DNA of 64,000 bases from Mobula hypostoma (taxonomy: Eukaryota). A program made the position numbers and the translations under genes. This document shows, in pieces, positions 39,732 to 52,664 of this stretch. Where the stretch lies: positions 113,462,001-113,526,000 of the forward strand of contig NC_086097.1 in the NCBI RefSeq assembly GCF_963921235.1, in the 5' to 3' direction. The notes beneath the pieces were generated by a model. The model was not told where the DNA came from. It did no database searches and worked only from the letters and a program-made list of their open reading frames with translations. Every line of letters begins with the position of its first letter. Position 1 is the first letter of the stretch.

Positions 39732-41976
39732 AAACGCAATCACGAGGAATTCTGCAGATGCTGGAAATTCAAGCAACACACACAAAAAATGCTGGTGAAC
39801 GCAGCAGGCCAGGCAGCATCTCTAGGTCTTCTCTACAGTCAACGTTTCGGGCCGAGACCCTTTGTCAGGACTAACTGAAGGAAGAGCTAGTAAGGGATTT
39901 AAAAGTGGGAGGGGGAGGGGGAGATCCAAAATGATAGGAGAAGACAGGAGTGGGAGGGATGGAGCCATGAGCTGGACAGGTGATTGGCAAAAGGGATATG
40001 AGAGGATCATGGGACAGGAGGCCTAGGGAGAAAGAAAGGGGGGGGGAAGCTCAAAGGATGGGCAAGGAATTATAGTGAGAGGGACAGAGGGAGAAAAAAG
40101 AGAGGAAAAAAGGGGAAAAAGAAGTAAATAAATAAATAAAGGGTGGGGTACGAAGGGGAGGTGGGGCATTAACGGAAATTAGAGAAGTCAATGTTCATGC
40201 CATCAGGTTGGAGGCTACCCAGAGGGAATATAAGGTGTTATTCCTCCAACCTGAGTGTGGTTTCATCTTTACAGTAGAGGAGGCCGTGGATAGACATATC
40301 AGAATGGGAATGGGACGTGGAATTAAAATGTGTGGCCACTGGGAGATCCTGCTTTCTCTGGTAGGTGTTCGGCGAAACAGTCTCCCAGCCTGCGTCGGGG
40401 GAATTAAAATGTCTGGCCATGGTCCAAGCCTATACTGGTATCTATCCCCCACTTTTCCTTCACTACATTGATGACCGCATTGGCGCTGCTTCCTGCACGC
40501 ATGCTGAGCTCGTTGACTTCATTAACTTTGCCTCCAACTTTCACCCTGCCCTCAAGTTTACCTGGTCCATTTCGGACACCTCCCTCCCCTTTCTTGATCT
40601 TTCTGTTGCTGTCTCTGGAGACAGCTTATCTACTGATGTCTACTATAAGCCTACGGACTCTCACAGCTACCTGGACTGTTCCTCTTCCCACCTTGTCTCT
40701 TGCAAAAATGCCATCCCCTTCTCGCAATTCCTCCGTCTCCGCCACATCTGCTCTCAGGATGAGGCTTTTCATTCCAGGACGAAGGAGATGTCCTCCTTTT
40801 TTAAAGAAAGGAGCTTCCCTTCTTCCACCATCAACTCTGCTCTCAAACGCATCTCCCCCATATCACACACATCTGCTCTCACTCCATCCTCCCGCCACCC
40901 TACTAGGAATAGAGTTCCCCTTGCCCTCACCTACCATCCCACCAGCCTCCGGGTCCAACATATAATTCTCCGTAACTTCTGCCACCTCCAACGGGATCCC
41001 ACCACTAAGCGCATCTTTCCCTCCCCGCCTTTCTGCTTTCCACGGGGATCGGTCCCTACGTGACTCCCTTGTCCATTCTTTCCAAGGGGATTGGTCCCTA
41101 CGTGACTCCCTTGTCCATTCGTCCCCCCTATCCCTTCCCACCGATCTCCCTCCCGGCACTTATCCTTGTAAGTGGAACAAGTGTTACACATGCCTTTACA
41201 CTTCCGCCCTCACCACCATTCAGGGCCCCAGACAGTCCTTCCAGGTGAGGCGACACTTCACCTGTGAGTCGGCTGGTGTGATATACTGCGTCCGGTACTC
41301 CCAGTGTGACCTTCTATATATTGGCGAGACTCGACGCCGGCTGGGAGACCGTTTCGCTGAACACCTATGCTTTTTCCACCAGAGAAAGCAGGATCTCCCA
41401 GTGGCCACACATTTTAATTCCATGTCCCATTCCCATTCTGATATGTTTATCCACGGCCTCCTCTACTGTGAAGATGAAGCCACACTCAGGTTGGAGGAAT
41501 GACACCTTACATTCCGTCCGGGTAGCCTCCAACCTGATGGCATGAACATTGACTTCTCTAACTTCTGTTAATGCCCCACCTCCCCTTCGTACCCCATCCC
41601 TTATTTATTTATTTATTTATTTATTCATTCATTCTTTTCCTCCTTTTTTCCCTCTCTTTTTTATCCCTCTGTCCCTCTCACTATAACTCCTTACCCATCC
41701 TCTGGGCTTCCCCCTTTCCCCTTTCTTTCTCCCTAGGCTTCCTGTCCCATGATCCTCTCATATCCCTTTTGTCAATCAGCTTTCCAGCTCTTAGCTCCAT
41801 CTCTCCCCATCCTGTCTTCCCCTATCATTTCAGATCTCCCCGTCCCCCTCCCACTTTCAAATCTCTTACTATCTCTTCTTTCAGTTAGTCCTGATGAAGG
41901 GTCTCATCCCGAAAAGTCGACTGTACCTCTTCCTATAGATGCTGCCTGGCCTGCTGTGTTCACCAGCATTTTTTGT
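39732..41976 (+). mobile_element. Penelope-like element (Neptune-type): inverted 3' copy (39732-40397) + 5'-truncated RT/GIY-YIG body and tail (40420-41976)
   Basis: LHYIDD, LPFLDL, YKPTDSHSYLD, PFSQFLRLR; Cys linker YPCKWNKCYTC; GVIYCVR...LYIGETRRRLGDRFAEH; hammerhead motifs at 39837-39872 (-) and 41887-41922 (+). Confidence 0.93.
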
Positions 41977-42081
41977 TACACGTATTGTTGTTACATGTTC
42001 CAAGAAACAGCGAAAAACTTTCGCTTGCCTGTCATCCAGACAGGTCATTCAATGCGTAAGGTATATCAAGGTAGTAAGGAG

Positions 42082-42770
42082 GGAGGAGAAGATGGCGACG
42101 CGACGGCAGCGCGCGCGGCCTCTCTGGTGAATGGTATCTGTAATCTGTCAAGTAGGGGACCATGCACAATTCTGATTTGATGGAGACGGATGTGACAGTA
42201 CGGAGGAACATCTGGAGAAACTTCTGAAATGCCTGCTTCGCTGCTGCTGCTGCTACCGTGTGGTAACTGGAATCTCCGGAGCAGAAGGCCCCGAATCCTC
42301 GGCTTTGCTTGTTTCAGCGGCCGGGGCGAGGTCGAAGGCACTTGGCAGAGGATGGTGCTCGGGAGGCTGTATCGGAGGGGCTGGTCGGAGGCTCAAAATT
42401 TCGGACGGACGGACTCAGTGTCGGCTGTGGTCGGCTGCTTCCAAGGCATCGGCAAGTTGACGGTGCCTGGAGGATTATGGCAAGGAGTTTCTCCCTTTTG
42501 CCGCCTGCTATTGGGGACTCGGGAGTTGATCGTCTCGGGGACTTTGAGACTTTTTTTTAACCGTGCCCATGGTTTGTTCTTTATCAAATTATGGTATTGC
42601 TTTGCACTGCTGTAACTCTATGTTATAATTATGTGGTTCTGTCAGTGTTAGTCTTTGGTTTGTCCTGTTTTCTGTGATATCACTCTGGAGAAACATTGTA
42701 TCATTTCTTAATGCATGTATGCATTTCTAAATGACAATAAAAGAGGACTGCGTGTTCTCGTAATCTAAAC
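42082..42770 (+). mobile_element. Young CpG-rich non-coding retroposon with 9-bp TSD
   Basis: Starts GGAGGAGAAGATGGCG, ends AATAAA...taatctaa; AGTAAGGAG at 42073-42081 and 42771-42779. Confidence 0.8.
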
Positions 42771-43164
42771 AGTAAGGAGACAAACAGAGTGCAGAATTAG
42801 AGTTACAGTTACAGAGAAGGTGCAGTGCAGGTAGGCCAATGCAGTGCGAAAGTCTTGACAAGTTAGATTGGGAGATCGAGTTCATCTTTTACGGTATGAG
42901 AGATCTGTTAACAGTGAGACAGAAGCTGCCCTTGAGCTTGGTGATATAGTGGTTAAGCTTTATTTAGTATGTGTCCTCGTATATGTATACTCGGGGATTT
43001 CTAGACATGCACTCTTTTACCCTACATTGCTCCATGCTTTCCAATTGATTGTGTATTCTTTGCATTGCTTGTGTGTCACAAATGCAACATCTCACATCCC
43101 TTTGCATAGATTTCCAGCTGCCTCTTTTTCTTGCTTTTTGAACCAGTGTATTGACAGCTTCTAG

Positions 43165-43820
43165 CAGCCAACAACCTCCTTCCTCACCATCAACCACATG
43201 TCCTGGGACCAGCACGTTGTTGCCAACACAAAGAAGGCATTACAGTGCCTCTACTTTCTTCAAAGTTTGTGTAAATTTGACATGTCACCTAAAACTTTTG
43301 ACAAACTTTTTTAGTTGCTCAGTGGAGAATGACCTGATTGGGTGTATCACAGCCTGGTGCAGAAACTCCAATGCCCAAGAACAGAAAAGTAGTGAATATA
43401 GACCAGACCATCACAGGTAAAGCCCTCCCCACTATTCAGCACATTTATAAGGGGCGCAGCCACAAGAAAGCAACATCCATCAAGGACTCCTACCTTTCAG
43501 GCTGTGCTCAGTTCTCGCTACTATCATCGGGCAGCCTTAGGTTCCACACTACCAGGATCAGGAACAGTTATTACCCTACATCCATTAGGCTCCTGAACCT
43601 GCATGGATAGCATCACTTACCTCAAATCTGAACTGATCCCACAACCTACAGACTCACTTTCAGGGACTCTACAATTCCTGTTCTCTGTATTATTTATTCA
43701 TTTTTTATTTGCATAACTTGTCTTCTTTTGCACATTATTTATTTGTTAGTCTTTATGTATAGTTTTTCATAAATTCTATTGTATTTCTTTAGTTTCCTGA
43801 AAATGCCTGTGAAAAAATGA
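43165..43820 (+). mobile_element. Rex1/Babar-type LINE 3' fragment
   Basis: Decayed CSVE..LIGCITAW, SLR.HTTR.RNSYYP and family tail shared with other copies in the window. Confidence 0.65.
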
Positions 43821-43824
43821 GTCC

Positions 43825-44716
43825 CAATGGAGGGGCAGGTGGCATTGAGGAAACAGTTAGGATGCAGAAGGATTTAGACAGATTAGGAGAATGAGCATGA
43901 AAGTGGCAAATGAAATGCAATATTTTGGTAGTAGAGATAAATGTGTGGACTATTTTCTAAATGGGGAGAAAATCTAGGAACCTGAGATGCAAAGGGACTT
44001 GGAAGTGCTTGTGCAAAATATCCTGAAGGTTAATTTGCAGGTTGAGTCGGTGGTGAGGAAGGCAAATGCCATGTTTGTATTCATTTCAAGAGGTCTAAAA
44101 TACAAGAGCAGGGATGTGATGCTGAGGCTTTATAAGGCTCTGGTGAGGCCTCACCTCGAGTATTGTGTACAGTTTTGGGCTCCTCATCTTAGAAGAGATG
44201 TGCTGGCATTGGAGAGGGTCCAGAGGAGGTTCACAAGGATGATTGCAGGAATGAAAGGAATGTTTGATGGCTCTGGGTCTGTATTCGCTGGAATTCAGAA
44301 GGATGAGGGGGTATCTTATTGAAACTTTTCAAATGTTGCAAGACCTTAACAGAGTAGATGTGGAAAGGATGTTTCCCGTTGTAGGAGAGTCTAGGACAAC
44401 AGCGCACCACCTCAGGATAGAGGGGCGCTCTTTCAAAACAGAGATGTGGAGAAATCTCTTTAGCCAGATGCTGGTGAATTTGTGGAATTTGTTGCCACAT
44501 GCAGCTGTGGAGGCCAGGTCATTGGGTGCATTTAAGGCAGAGATTGATAGGTTCTTGATTGGACATGGCATCAAAGATTACAGGGAGAAGGCCTTGAACT
44601 AGGGTTGAGAAGGAGAAAAAAAAGGGTCAGCCATGATTGAATGGTGGAACAGACTTGATGGGCCAAATGGCCTAATTCTGCTCCTATGTCTTATGGCCTT
44701 ATGGTCTTATGGTCTA
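43825..44716 (+). mobile_element. CR1 LINE 3' fragment
   Basis: QRDL.VLV..LKVNLQVESVV.KANAM, LYKALVRPHLEYC; (TCTTATGG)n tail. Confidence 0.92.
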
Positions 44717-46509
44717 AGGTAGTATAAGGGGACATATATGTACTTTTATAATATATTTAATTTGATCTTAGACCATATAGTATCATTAAATGTATAGTTT
44801 CTATTTAAGCTCAAAATATTAATGCCATTATATACGGTATAAAGGGCCCTGTAATCTCTGGGCCCCCACTGTACACAGCTCTCCTGTTGCAAGAATGTTT
44901 CTTCAACTGGCTACTTTCTGATGGACTCCATAGTGTTTACTTTCTTGGTCAATGTGCTGTGTGGGGCTTTACCATCACCCTATTCTACATCAAGTTATCC
45001 ACATGCATTAACACTGCCTGTTGTCTCCTCAGACAATCTACTGCTTGTCAAATATGGCTTCCCTCATCATGGCAATGCTGACTGACCTTTCTTATTGCTG
45101 AATTATGCCAATACTCAGAAATTTTCCAATGATTACCCGCTACAAATATCAGACTGACTGGCCTATCATCATCATTCACCATGAACTCTCACCATCCAGG
45201 CCATGTGTTATTCTCAATACTACGATCTGGCAGGAGGTACAGGAGCCTTAGGTCCCATGCCACCAGGTTTAGGAAGAGCTATTTACAGTCATAGAATGGA
45301 AACAAGCCCTTTTGCCCATCTAGTCTGTGCCAAACCATTTAAACTGCCTACTCTCATCAACCTGCTCTGGTACCCATACCATCCATGTCCCCATCCAAAC
45401 TTCTCTTAAATGCTGAAATTGAGCTTGCATACACCACTTGTTCCACACTCACAGCACCCTCTGAGTGAAGAAGTTTCCCCTCATGTTCTCCTGCAACGAT
45501 TCAGCTGCCGAACCACCCAGAGGTAAGCTCACCCACCTCAACACTGAACTGACTCCACAACCTACAGACTCACTTTCAAGGACTCTACAACTCTGTGTTA
45601 TTTATTTACATTTGTCTATTATTTGTACGATTTGTCTTCTTTGCAGACTGGTTGTTTGTCAGGCTTTGTTATTTATCGTTTTCCATGAATACTATTGTTC
45701 TTATTTTCCTGTGAATTCCTGCATGAAAGTGAATCTCTAGGCAGTATGTGGTGACGTATACTTTGAATATAAAACCCTTTACTTTCTGATTAATCTGGTC
45801 AAGTTAATTTTGACTGGCGTGGGTTTCTCACATTCTATGATTATTTAAAGAGGACTCTTGTTTAGTGCCTTTGTGGAGTCATTGTGTTGGAGAGAATGAT
45901 TTATTGTGCTGTTTGCTCAGTTGGCCCGCTGAGGGTCTGTTGGTATCCCTATGTCTAACCTCTTGTTTCCACCTCTTCATGGGGACTCTGCTGTCCTCCA
46001 CTCCTGGGGGTTGAGTCATTGCCAGTGCTCCCTGTGACTGAGGCTGCCTTCCTGCCACACCCGGCTCGAGTCAGTGCCAGCAACTGCAGTGACTGAATCA
46101 GCCTGCCATTCTCCACATTTGGGTCCAATCCTGTGACACATCCTTGCTTCTTTTAAGATCATGGATACATTTTATTTGGCCTCGTGATTTATCCACATTT
46201 TAAAATGCTAGACCTTGTAGTGTATCCTATCCATATGTAGCTTCATACTATTTGGAAATGGTTGTTGTCGATTCGATTTCAACATCGAAGGGAAGTTTGG
46301 GTAAGTATGGGAGTATGGCAGAGTATGGAGGGCAGTGGAGCAGATGCAGGTCAATGGGATTAAGCAAAATAATAGTTCAACATGGACGACTGCTGATTGG
46401 CTGAAAGGCTGTAGAGTTCTAGCACTATAAGACTCTATTCCTCCTGAATCTTAATGCCTGTACACAAAGTATTCATTTGGCTCTTTACACGAATCTTTGA
46501 CCTTTTTTT

Positions 46510-46545
46510 AGTCCTGACGAAGGGTCTCGGCCTGAAACGTCGACT
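46510..46545 (+). ncRNA. Minimal type I hammerhead ribozyme motif (intact core)
   Basis: AGTC/GACT stem I, CUGACGA core (46514-46520), stem II, GAAA (46534-46537), palindromic ACGU stem III, GUC cleavage triplet ending 46541. Confidence 0.78.
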
Positions 46546-46643
46546 GCGCCTCTTCCTATAGATGCTGCTTGGCCTGCTGCGTTCACCAGCAACTTTGATG
46601 TGTGTTGCTTGAATTTCCAGCATCTGCAGAATTCCTGTTGTTT
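46510..46643 (+). mobile_element. 134-bp hammerhead-bearing Penelope-tail mini-element with 10-bp TSD
   Basis: ACCTTTTTTT at 46500-46509 and 46644-46653. Confidence 0.85.
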
Positions 46644-47214
46644 ACCTTTTTTTGTATGCCATTTTAAACTATAATAGAACCTACTCTTTCACTTCTCACC
46701 GTCTTTGGCATCACTGTATATATTTGTACAACATAGTAGGGTTTTCCATGATTTCGCCAGCCCAGTTCTTTTCCATCATCTTCATTGTCTTCCTAATTTC
46801 CTTTCTAGCCTCATTACTGCACCCTTTATTCTCCCCCAGGCTTTCTGCTGTGTTGAGTTCATAAACCATAATCTGGTTGGAAGGCAGAACAGGTATGAGA
46901 AGTAATTGGCTTCCTCTGGTTCTAGTCACTATATATTTTTTTGGTCTTTAATCATTCCACATTCATCTACTGATGCACTATGAGTCTAACATTTACCATA
47001 GGTCTCTCTTGTCATGTTGTGACCGTGTCTTCTCAATGCTGTTTGCTGTGGAGATTCTGAAGAGTCACATTATTTGCAAAACAAAGACAGGTGGGCACAA
47101 TGAATGCAAACAATGCAACTTTAATTCATGGCCCCCATCTGTACTTGAGATAACAAGGTGATGATCAGCACAATATTTACACCAGCTTGCAGCACCAAAT
47201 GCAACTGACTTCAT

Positions 47215-47545
47215 AAACAGAAGAAATTCTGCAGATGCTGCAAATCCAGAAGAACAGTCAGCAGGTCAGGCAGCATCTGTGGAGGGGTTAAACAGTAGAG
47301 GTTTCAGGCTGAGACCCTTCGTCAGGACTGGGAAGAAAGGTAGCTGAGGCTGTAATAAGAAGGTGGGGGTGTGAGGGGGAGGAGTGCAAGCCGGTGTGTG
47401 ATTGGTGAAGCCAAGAGAGGGGGATGAAGTGAGACGCTGGGAGGTGGCAGGCTGGAAAGGTAAAGGGCTGAAGAAGAAGGAATCTGAGAGGAGAGGAGAG
47501 TAGGCTATGGGAGAAAGGGAAGGAAGAGAGGAACCAGAGGGAAGT
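47215..47545 (-). mobile_element. Penelope-tail repeat with hammerhead motif (47293-47330)
   Basis: CAGTC-CTGACGA-AGGGTCTCAGCCT-GAAA-CCTC-TACTG on the - strand. Confidence 0.75.
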
Positions 47546-49019
47546 GAGTTCCGCCAATGTTCGATGTACTCAAGCCTATCACCATTAAGAATGGTATCAG
47601 TGAGGGAATGCTGCACGACAGCAACATTGTTGGCTAGAAGTCAGCACTTACAGGGGCTTGACTACAGGAGGATCCAGACCAGCTTCTCAGCATCACTGAG
47701 ATAAATCCCTTTAAATTTGGATGTGACATCCATGAGGTACATCATCACGAGGAACAAGAACAAACCACCTGATATGCATTGGATACTGAAAACCTGCTTT
47801 AGGTAATAGGCAAGTCGGGTGGGGTGGGGTGTTTGTTCAGAACCCAGCAGGAGTGTGCTGCATCTTTCCCAACACCGCAGGGTGTACCAGAGAAGAATGA
47901 ATGGGTTCATCACCTCACTTCTAATCACAGTAAAGAGGAAGATGTGCAGAAGAATGAAGATAGGTTGCTCATTTTTCACTAACCAGAGGTTTCTGGGATG
48001 GGCAAGATTTACACTGCGGGCTGCCCCAGTGGATTGTGTTGCTCATTGACGCAAAACGACACATTTCACTGTATATTTTGATGTACGTGGTGACAAATAA
48101 AACTAATCTTGGATCTCAATCTTACACTGAATAATGTGGGGAATGAAATCGAGCAAAGTGTTTACAACCACGATCCCCCTCTTAGTTTTCACAAAACAAT
48201 AGTTCGATCCTGTTTAAGACTGATCAATGATTACTTAATTGATGTGATCAATTGGCATTCATGAAGTTTTCATGGGAAGATGCAGAAGAGATACATATCA
48301 ATACTTTCTTTGTGTGGAGTTACAGAAAAAAGGACTGTAACATCAATTACATAGAACACTACAGCACAGTACTGTACAGGCTGTCGAGCACATAATGCTG
48401 TGCTGGCCTTTTAATCTACTCTAAAATCAATCTAAACCTTCCCTCCCAAATAGCTGTCCATTTTTCTATCATCCAAGAGTTTTTTTTAAATGCCCCCAAT
48501 GTATGTGCCTCTACCATGCACCCACCGTTCTGTGTAAAAACTTACCTCTGACATCCTCCTATATATAGGCTGGAAAAACTTGGGTTGTTTTCTCTGAAGT
48601 AGCTGAGGCTGTGGGGAGATCTGATAGAGGTTTATAGAATTCTGGGAGGCATGGATAGAGTAGACAGGGAGCATCTTTTTCCCAGAACAGAGATGTCTAA
48701 TACCGGAAGACATGCATTGAAGCTGAGAGGGGTAGGTTCAAAGGGAATGTGAGGGGTAAACTTGTCACTCAGAGTCGTGGATGTCTGGAATGGTATAGTG
48801 GTAGAGACAAATACATTGGAGGCTTTAAAGAGATATTTAGGTAGGCACATGAAGCTCTCACTTTCCTACGGTCCACCTCTGACCACTTATGGATCTTTAC
48901 CATCTTTACTAGGTTGTGTTGCTTGTTTGTTGTATGACAGGAAACCTGGGTGGGAGAATTTTTTTTTGGTGTGTGCATGCGTGCGTGCATGTGTGTGTGT
49001 GCGATGTTAGCGGGATGAT

Positions 49020-49242
49020 GTCTTTTTCATGCCTTTACAAGGTGCGGAGCAAGAGAGAGAGACTGTGTGGCACAGACATTTTGCAGTATTTTTCCCTTTA
49101 TATTACGAGGTCGAGCTGTAATCTCGACACTCAACCCGGCACGGATGGAAAGTGTACTCGGGAGCGGACCCGGCTGGGTTCGAACCTGTGAACCTCCGTT
49201 CCAGAGTCCGGCACTTATGTCATTGCGCCACCAGCTGGCCCG
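49020..49242 (-). mobile_element. tRNA-derived SINE
   Basis: Head GGCCAGCTGGTGGCGCAATG (box A) ... GGTTCGAACCC (box B), followed by a non-tRNA body. Confidence 0.75.
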
Positions 49243-49769
49243 GATGGGAGAGATTTTAAAGTGGAAAAGCTGATGCACTAGGTCAGTTTCACTCTCTTGA
49301 CCTCTGAAGTCCGAGTTCAGTGGTATGAGTAGTCTCCACAACTGGGCTCTTCCTCGGCTGCTGTGGATGACCATAAATTCTTCGATGCCTGATCATGTCC
49401 ACAAAGCTTTGCAGAACTGCCTTCCTGGCCATTCGATCTCATTGTTGATCTCATCCGCCCAGTCTGCCAGATCTGACTTCGCATGCTGGGACAGGCATGT
49501 CCCTATCTCTCAGGATTATGAGGGCCTTTTGGCTATCTTCACCTGGTTTGGCCCACCTGTTGAAGTGGTGTACCCAAGTATGGCCACTCTCACATGCAAA
49601 CAGCTGCTTGGAGCTACAGGTGAGCACTGAGTGTCCTGTGGGGACCAAAGGTGAGTGAGCTGCCCCAGAATGGACAAGGCATGCTGCTTCACCAGAGGTG
49701 CTACTCCTCCCTCGACACCTCATACACCTCTTGGTTACAAACATATATTGTAAGAATTGGATTATAAGT

Positions 49770-50283
49770 CTGCTCCACCACTCCATCATGGTTGATTTAT
49801 TATTCCTCTCAATCAATCCTCCCGCTGTCGCCCCGTAACCTTTGACATCCTTACTAATCAAGAACCTATCAACCTCCGCTTTGAATATACCCAATGACTT
49901 GGCTTCCACAGCTGTCTATGGCAATGAATTCCACAGATTCACCACTCTTTGGCTAAAGAAATTCCTCCTCATCTCTGTTCGAAAGAGATGTCCTTCTATT
50001 CTGAGGCTGTGCCTTCTGGTCCTAGACTCCCCACTAAAGGAAACATCTTCTCCACGTCCACTCTATCTAGGCCTTCCAATATTCAATAGGCCTTAATAAG
50101 TTGTCTTCCCCCCTCACCCCCAACCAATCTTCTAACTCCAGCGAGTACAGGCTGTGCCATCTGGGATCATTCTTGTAAACCTCCTCTACACCTCCTATAC
50201 CAGCACATATTTTCTTAGATAAGGGGCCCAAAAGTGCTCACAATACTCCAAGTGCAGTCTGACCAAAGACTTATAAAGCCTCA
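49770..50283 (-). mobile_element. CR1 LINE 3' fragment
   Basis: EAKSLGIFKAEVDRFL and CR1 3' UTR. Confidence 0.85.
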
Positions 50284-50463
50284 AAGTTAAGTTACAAATC
50301 AATAGATTCTGACAACTGGTTTGTAAATGCCTCCTCTCAACCTTATGCCTAAGAACTCTACCCATTCTACTGTCTCATTGTAATTACTCAAATGACCAGA
50401 CTTCTGATATAGTTGCATCTGAGATTTCTTTTCTTTTTCATGGTGGCTTCTCCTCGGTCATAG

Positions 50464-52650
50464 TTGAGAGTGATGAAGTGCTTTGAGAGGTTGATGATGA
50501 AACATATTAACTGCTGCCTAAGCGGTGACTTGAATTTGCCGCAATTTGCCTATTATCATTACGGATCAACAGCAGGTGTCACTTCATTGGCTCTTCACTC
50601 AACCCTGGAACATCTGGACAGTGAAGATGCGTACATCAGGATGCTCTTCATTGACTACAGCTTGCCAGTTAATACTATCACCCCCTCACATCTGATCAAT
50701 AAGCTTCTTGGCCTCAAGCCTCCTTGTGCAAATGGATCCTTGATTTCCTCACTTGCAGCTACCAGACAGTTCAGATTGGCAACAATATCTCTTTCCAAAA
50801 TCTCCATCAGCACAGTTCCACCACAAGGCTGTGTGTTTAGCCCTCTGCTCTACTCGCTTTATACTTATGACCATGAGGTTCAGCACAGTTCCAATGACAT
50901 ATTTATATCTGCTGACGTTTGCACTCTTGCTGGCAGAATCAAAGGTGGTGATGACTCGGCATATAGGAGGGAGATTGAAAATCTGTCTGAGTGATGCCAC
51001 AACAGCAACCTCTTACTCAATGTCAGCAAGTCTAAGGAGCTGATTATTGACTTCAGGAAGTGGAAACTGGAGGTCCATCAGCCAAGAGGGCAGAGCTTAG
51101 TTATGATGGCGCTAAACAGCGACTCCTTTGGTTGTATCTTCGGAAACAGCTCTATTTCCAGCTTTAATATCTTTATTTTACCCTTCCAGGGTTCTTTTGA
51201 AGACCCTGACCTGAAGTTACAGGCGGACTTCGGTTCTTTGCAGGAATGGGAACTGCTCTCGGGGTTTCATGACTGGCTGTTATTTGATATGCCAAGGATG
51301 CAGCCTAAGAGCTTAGCTCACCTTCAGAGGGATAGGATCTCATGGCTCTGGAGATGGGCGGATAAAAGGTCTGTGTCCTGGTAGGAAATCAGTGTGTTGT
51401 GGGAGTCGGAAGATCTCTGACTGTGTGCCTGGTGACCTAAGACCTTTGGTAACAGAGCTCGGAAAAAATGATGCAATGGACTTTTGACATCATAAACCAG
51501 CAAGTTGTTTGTTATGTCTCCCCTCTCACTATGAAACAGAGACACCTCTTTCTCCCTTATTAGGGAGAGGGAAAGCCTGTGGTATGTCGAATGCCAGGTG
51601 AATGAGTAGTTTTTGGGGTACTGCAAGCCTGTGTCTTTTCTGTTGCTTTGCTGCATGCTTGAGTGCTTGATGGAGGGTGCTGATGCTTTATTTTTTGCTG
51701 GTGGGGGGAGAGGGGGTCATTCCTTTGCTGCTCCTTATGTGCGGGAGGGAGGGGAGCTGGCGGGGGACTTTGGGGTTCTTATGTTAAACTGTCATTCATT
51801 CTTTGGGGGCATTCCTCTGTTTTCTTGGCTGGTTGTGAAGAAAAAGCATTTCAGGATGTATATTGTATACATTACTCTGACATTAAATGTACCTTTGAAA
51901 TCTTTGAACTCTCATCAGGGGATCAGAGGTGGAGAGGGCCAGCAATTTAAAATTCCTCGGTGCTATCATTTCAGAGGATCTATCCTGGATCCAGTACTTG
52001 TGTGTCATTACAGAGAAAGCACGGCAGTACCTTTACTTTCCTCGAATTTTCTGAAGACTTGGCATGCCATCTAAAACTTTGATAAACTTCTGTAGATGTG
52101 CGGTGGAGAGTATACTGACTGGTTGCATCACGGACAGATATAGAAGCCTCAATGCTCTTGACTGTAAAAGCCGACAAAAAGTAGTGGATGTGGCCTAGTC
52201 CATCACGGATAAAGCCCACCTCACCATTGAGTACATCTGCACAGAGTGCTGTTGGAGGAAAGCAGCTTCCATCATTAAAGACCTCAAGATGCCCACCATC
52301 CTGGACATGCTCTCTTCTCGCTTCTGCTATCAGGACGAAGGTACAGGAGCCTCAAGTCTCACATCTCCAGGTTACTACCTCTCTACCGTGAAGCTCTTGA
52401 ACCAGAGGGAATAATTTCATTCAGTATCACTCATCATTGAAATGTTCCCATACCCTGTAGACTCACTTTCAAGGACTCATCACCTCATGTTCTTGAAATA
52501 ATTATTTTTTCTTTTTTTATTTGGACAGTTTTTTGTCCTTTGCACATTGGGTATCCACCTTGTTAGAGGCAGTCTTTCACTGATTCCATTGTGTTTCTTG
52601 TACTTAATGTGAATGCCTGCAAGAAAATGATTCTCAGGGTTGTATATGGT
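50464..52650 (+). mobile_element. Rex1/Babar-type LINE split by a non-autonomous retroposon (51086-51905)
   Basis: VMKCFERL, QFAY, YIRMLFIDYS, PQGCVFSPLLYSLYTYD; continues after 51905. Confidence 0.85.
51086..51905 (+). mobile_element. Non-autonomous retroposon, apparently full length
   Basis: Starts near GATGGCGCTAAAC, ends gacattaaatgtacctttgaaatctttgaa; second copy at 4930-5345. Confidence 0.7.
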
Positions 52651-52664
52651 GACATATATAACAC

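Noticed and set aside
42229..42615. Overlapping ORFs in a GC-rich segment
   Set aside because: By-products of high GC content inside a non-coding retroposon.
45800..46140. Possible solo LTR ending GTGACA
   Set aside because: No matching 5' terminus or TSD found.
49170..49242. Possible tRNA-Arg-like gene on the - strand
   Set aside because: SINE head; cloverleaf incomplete.
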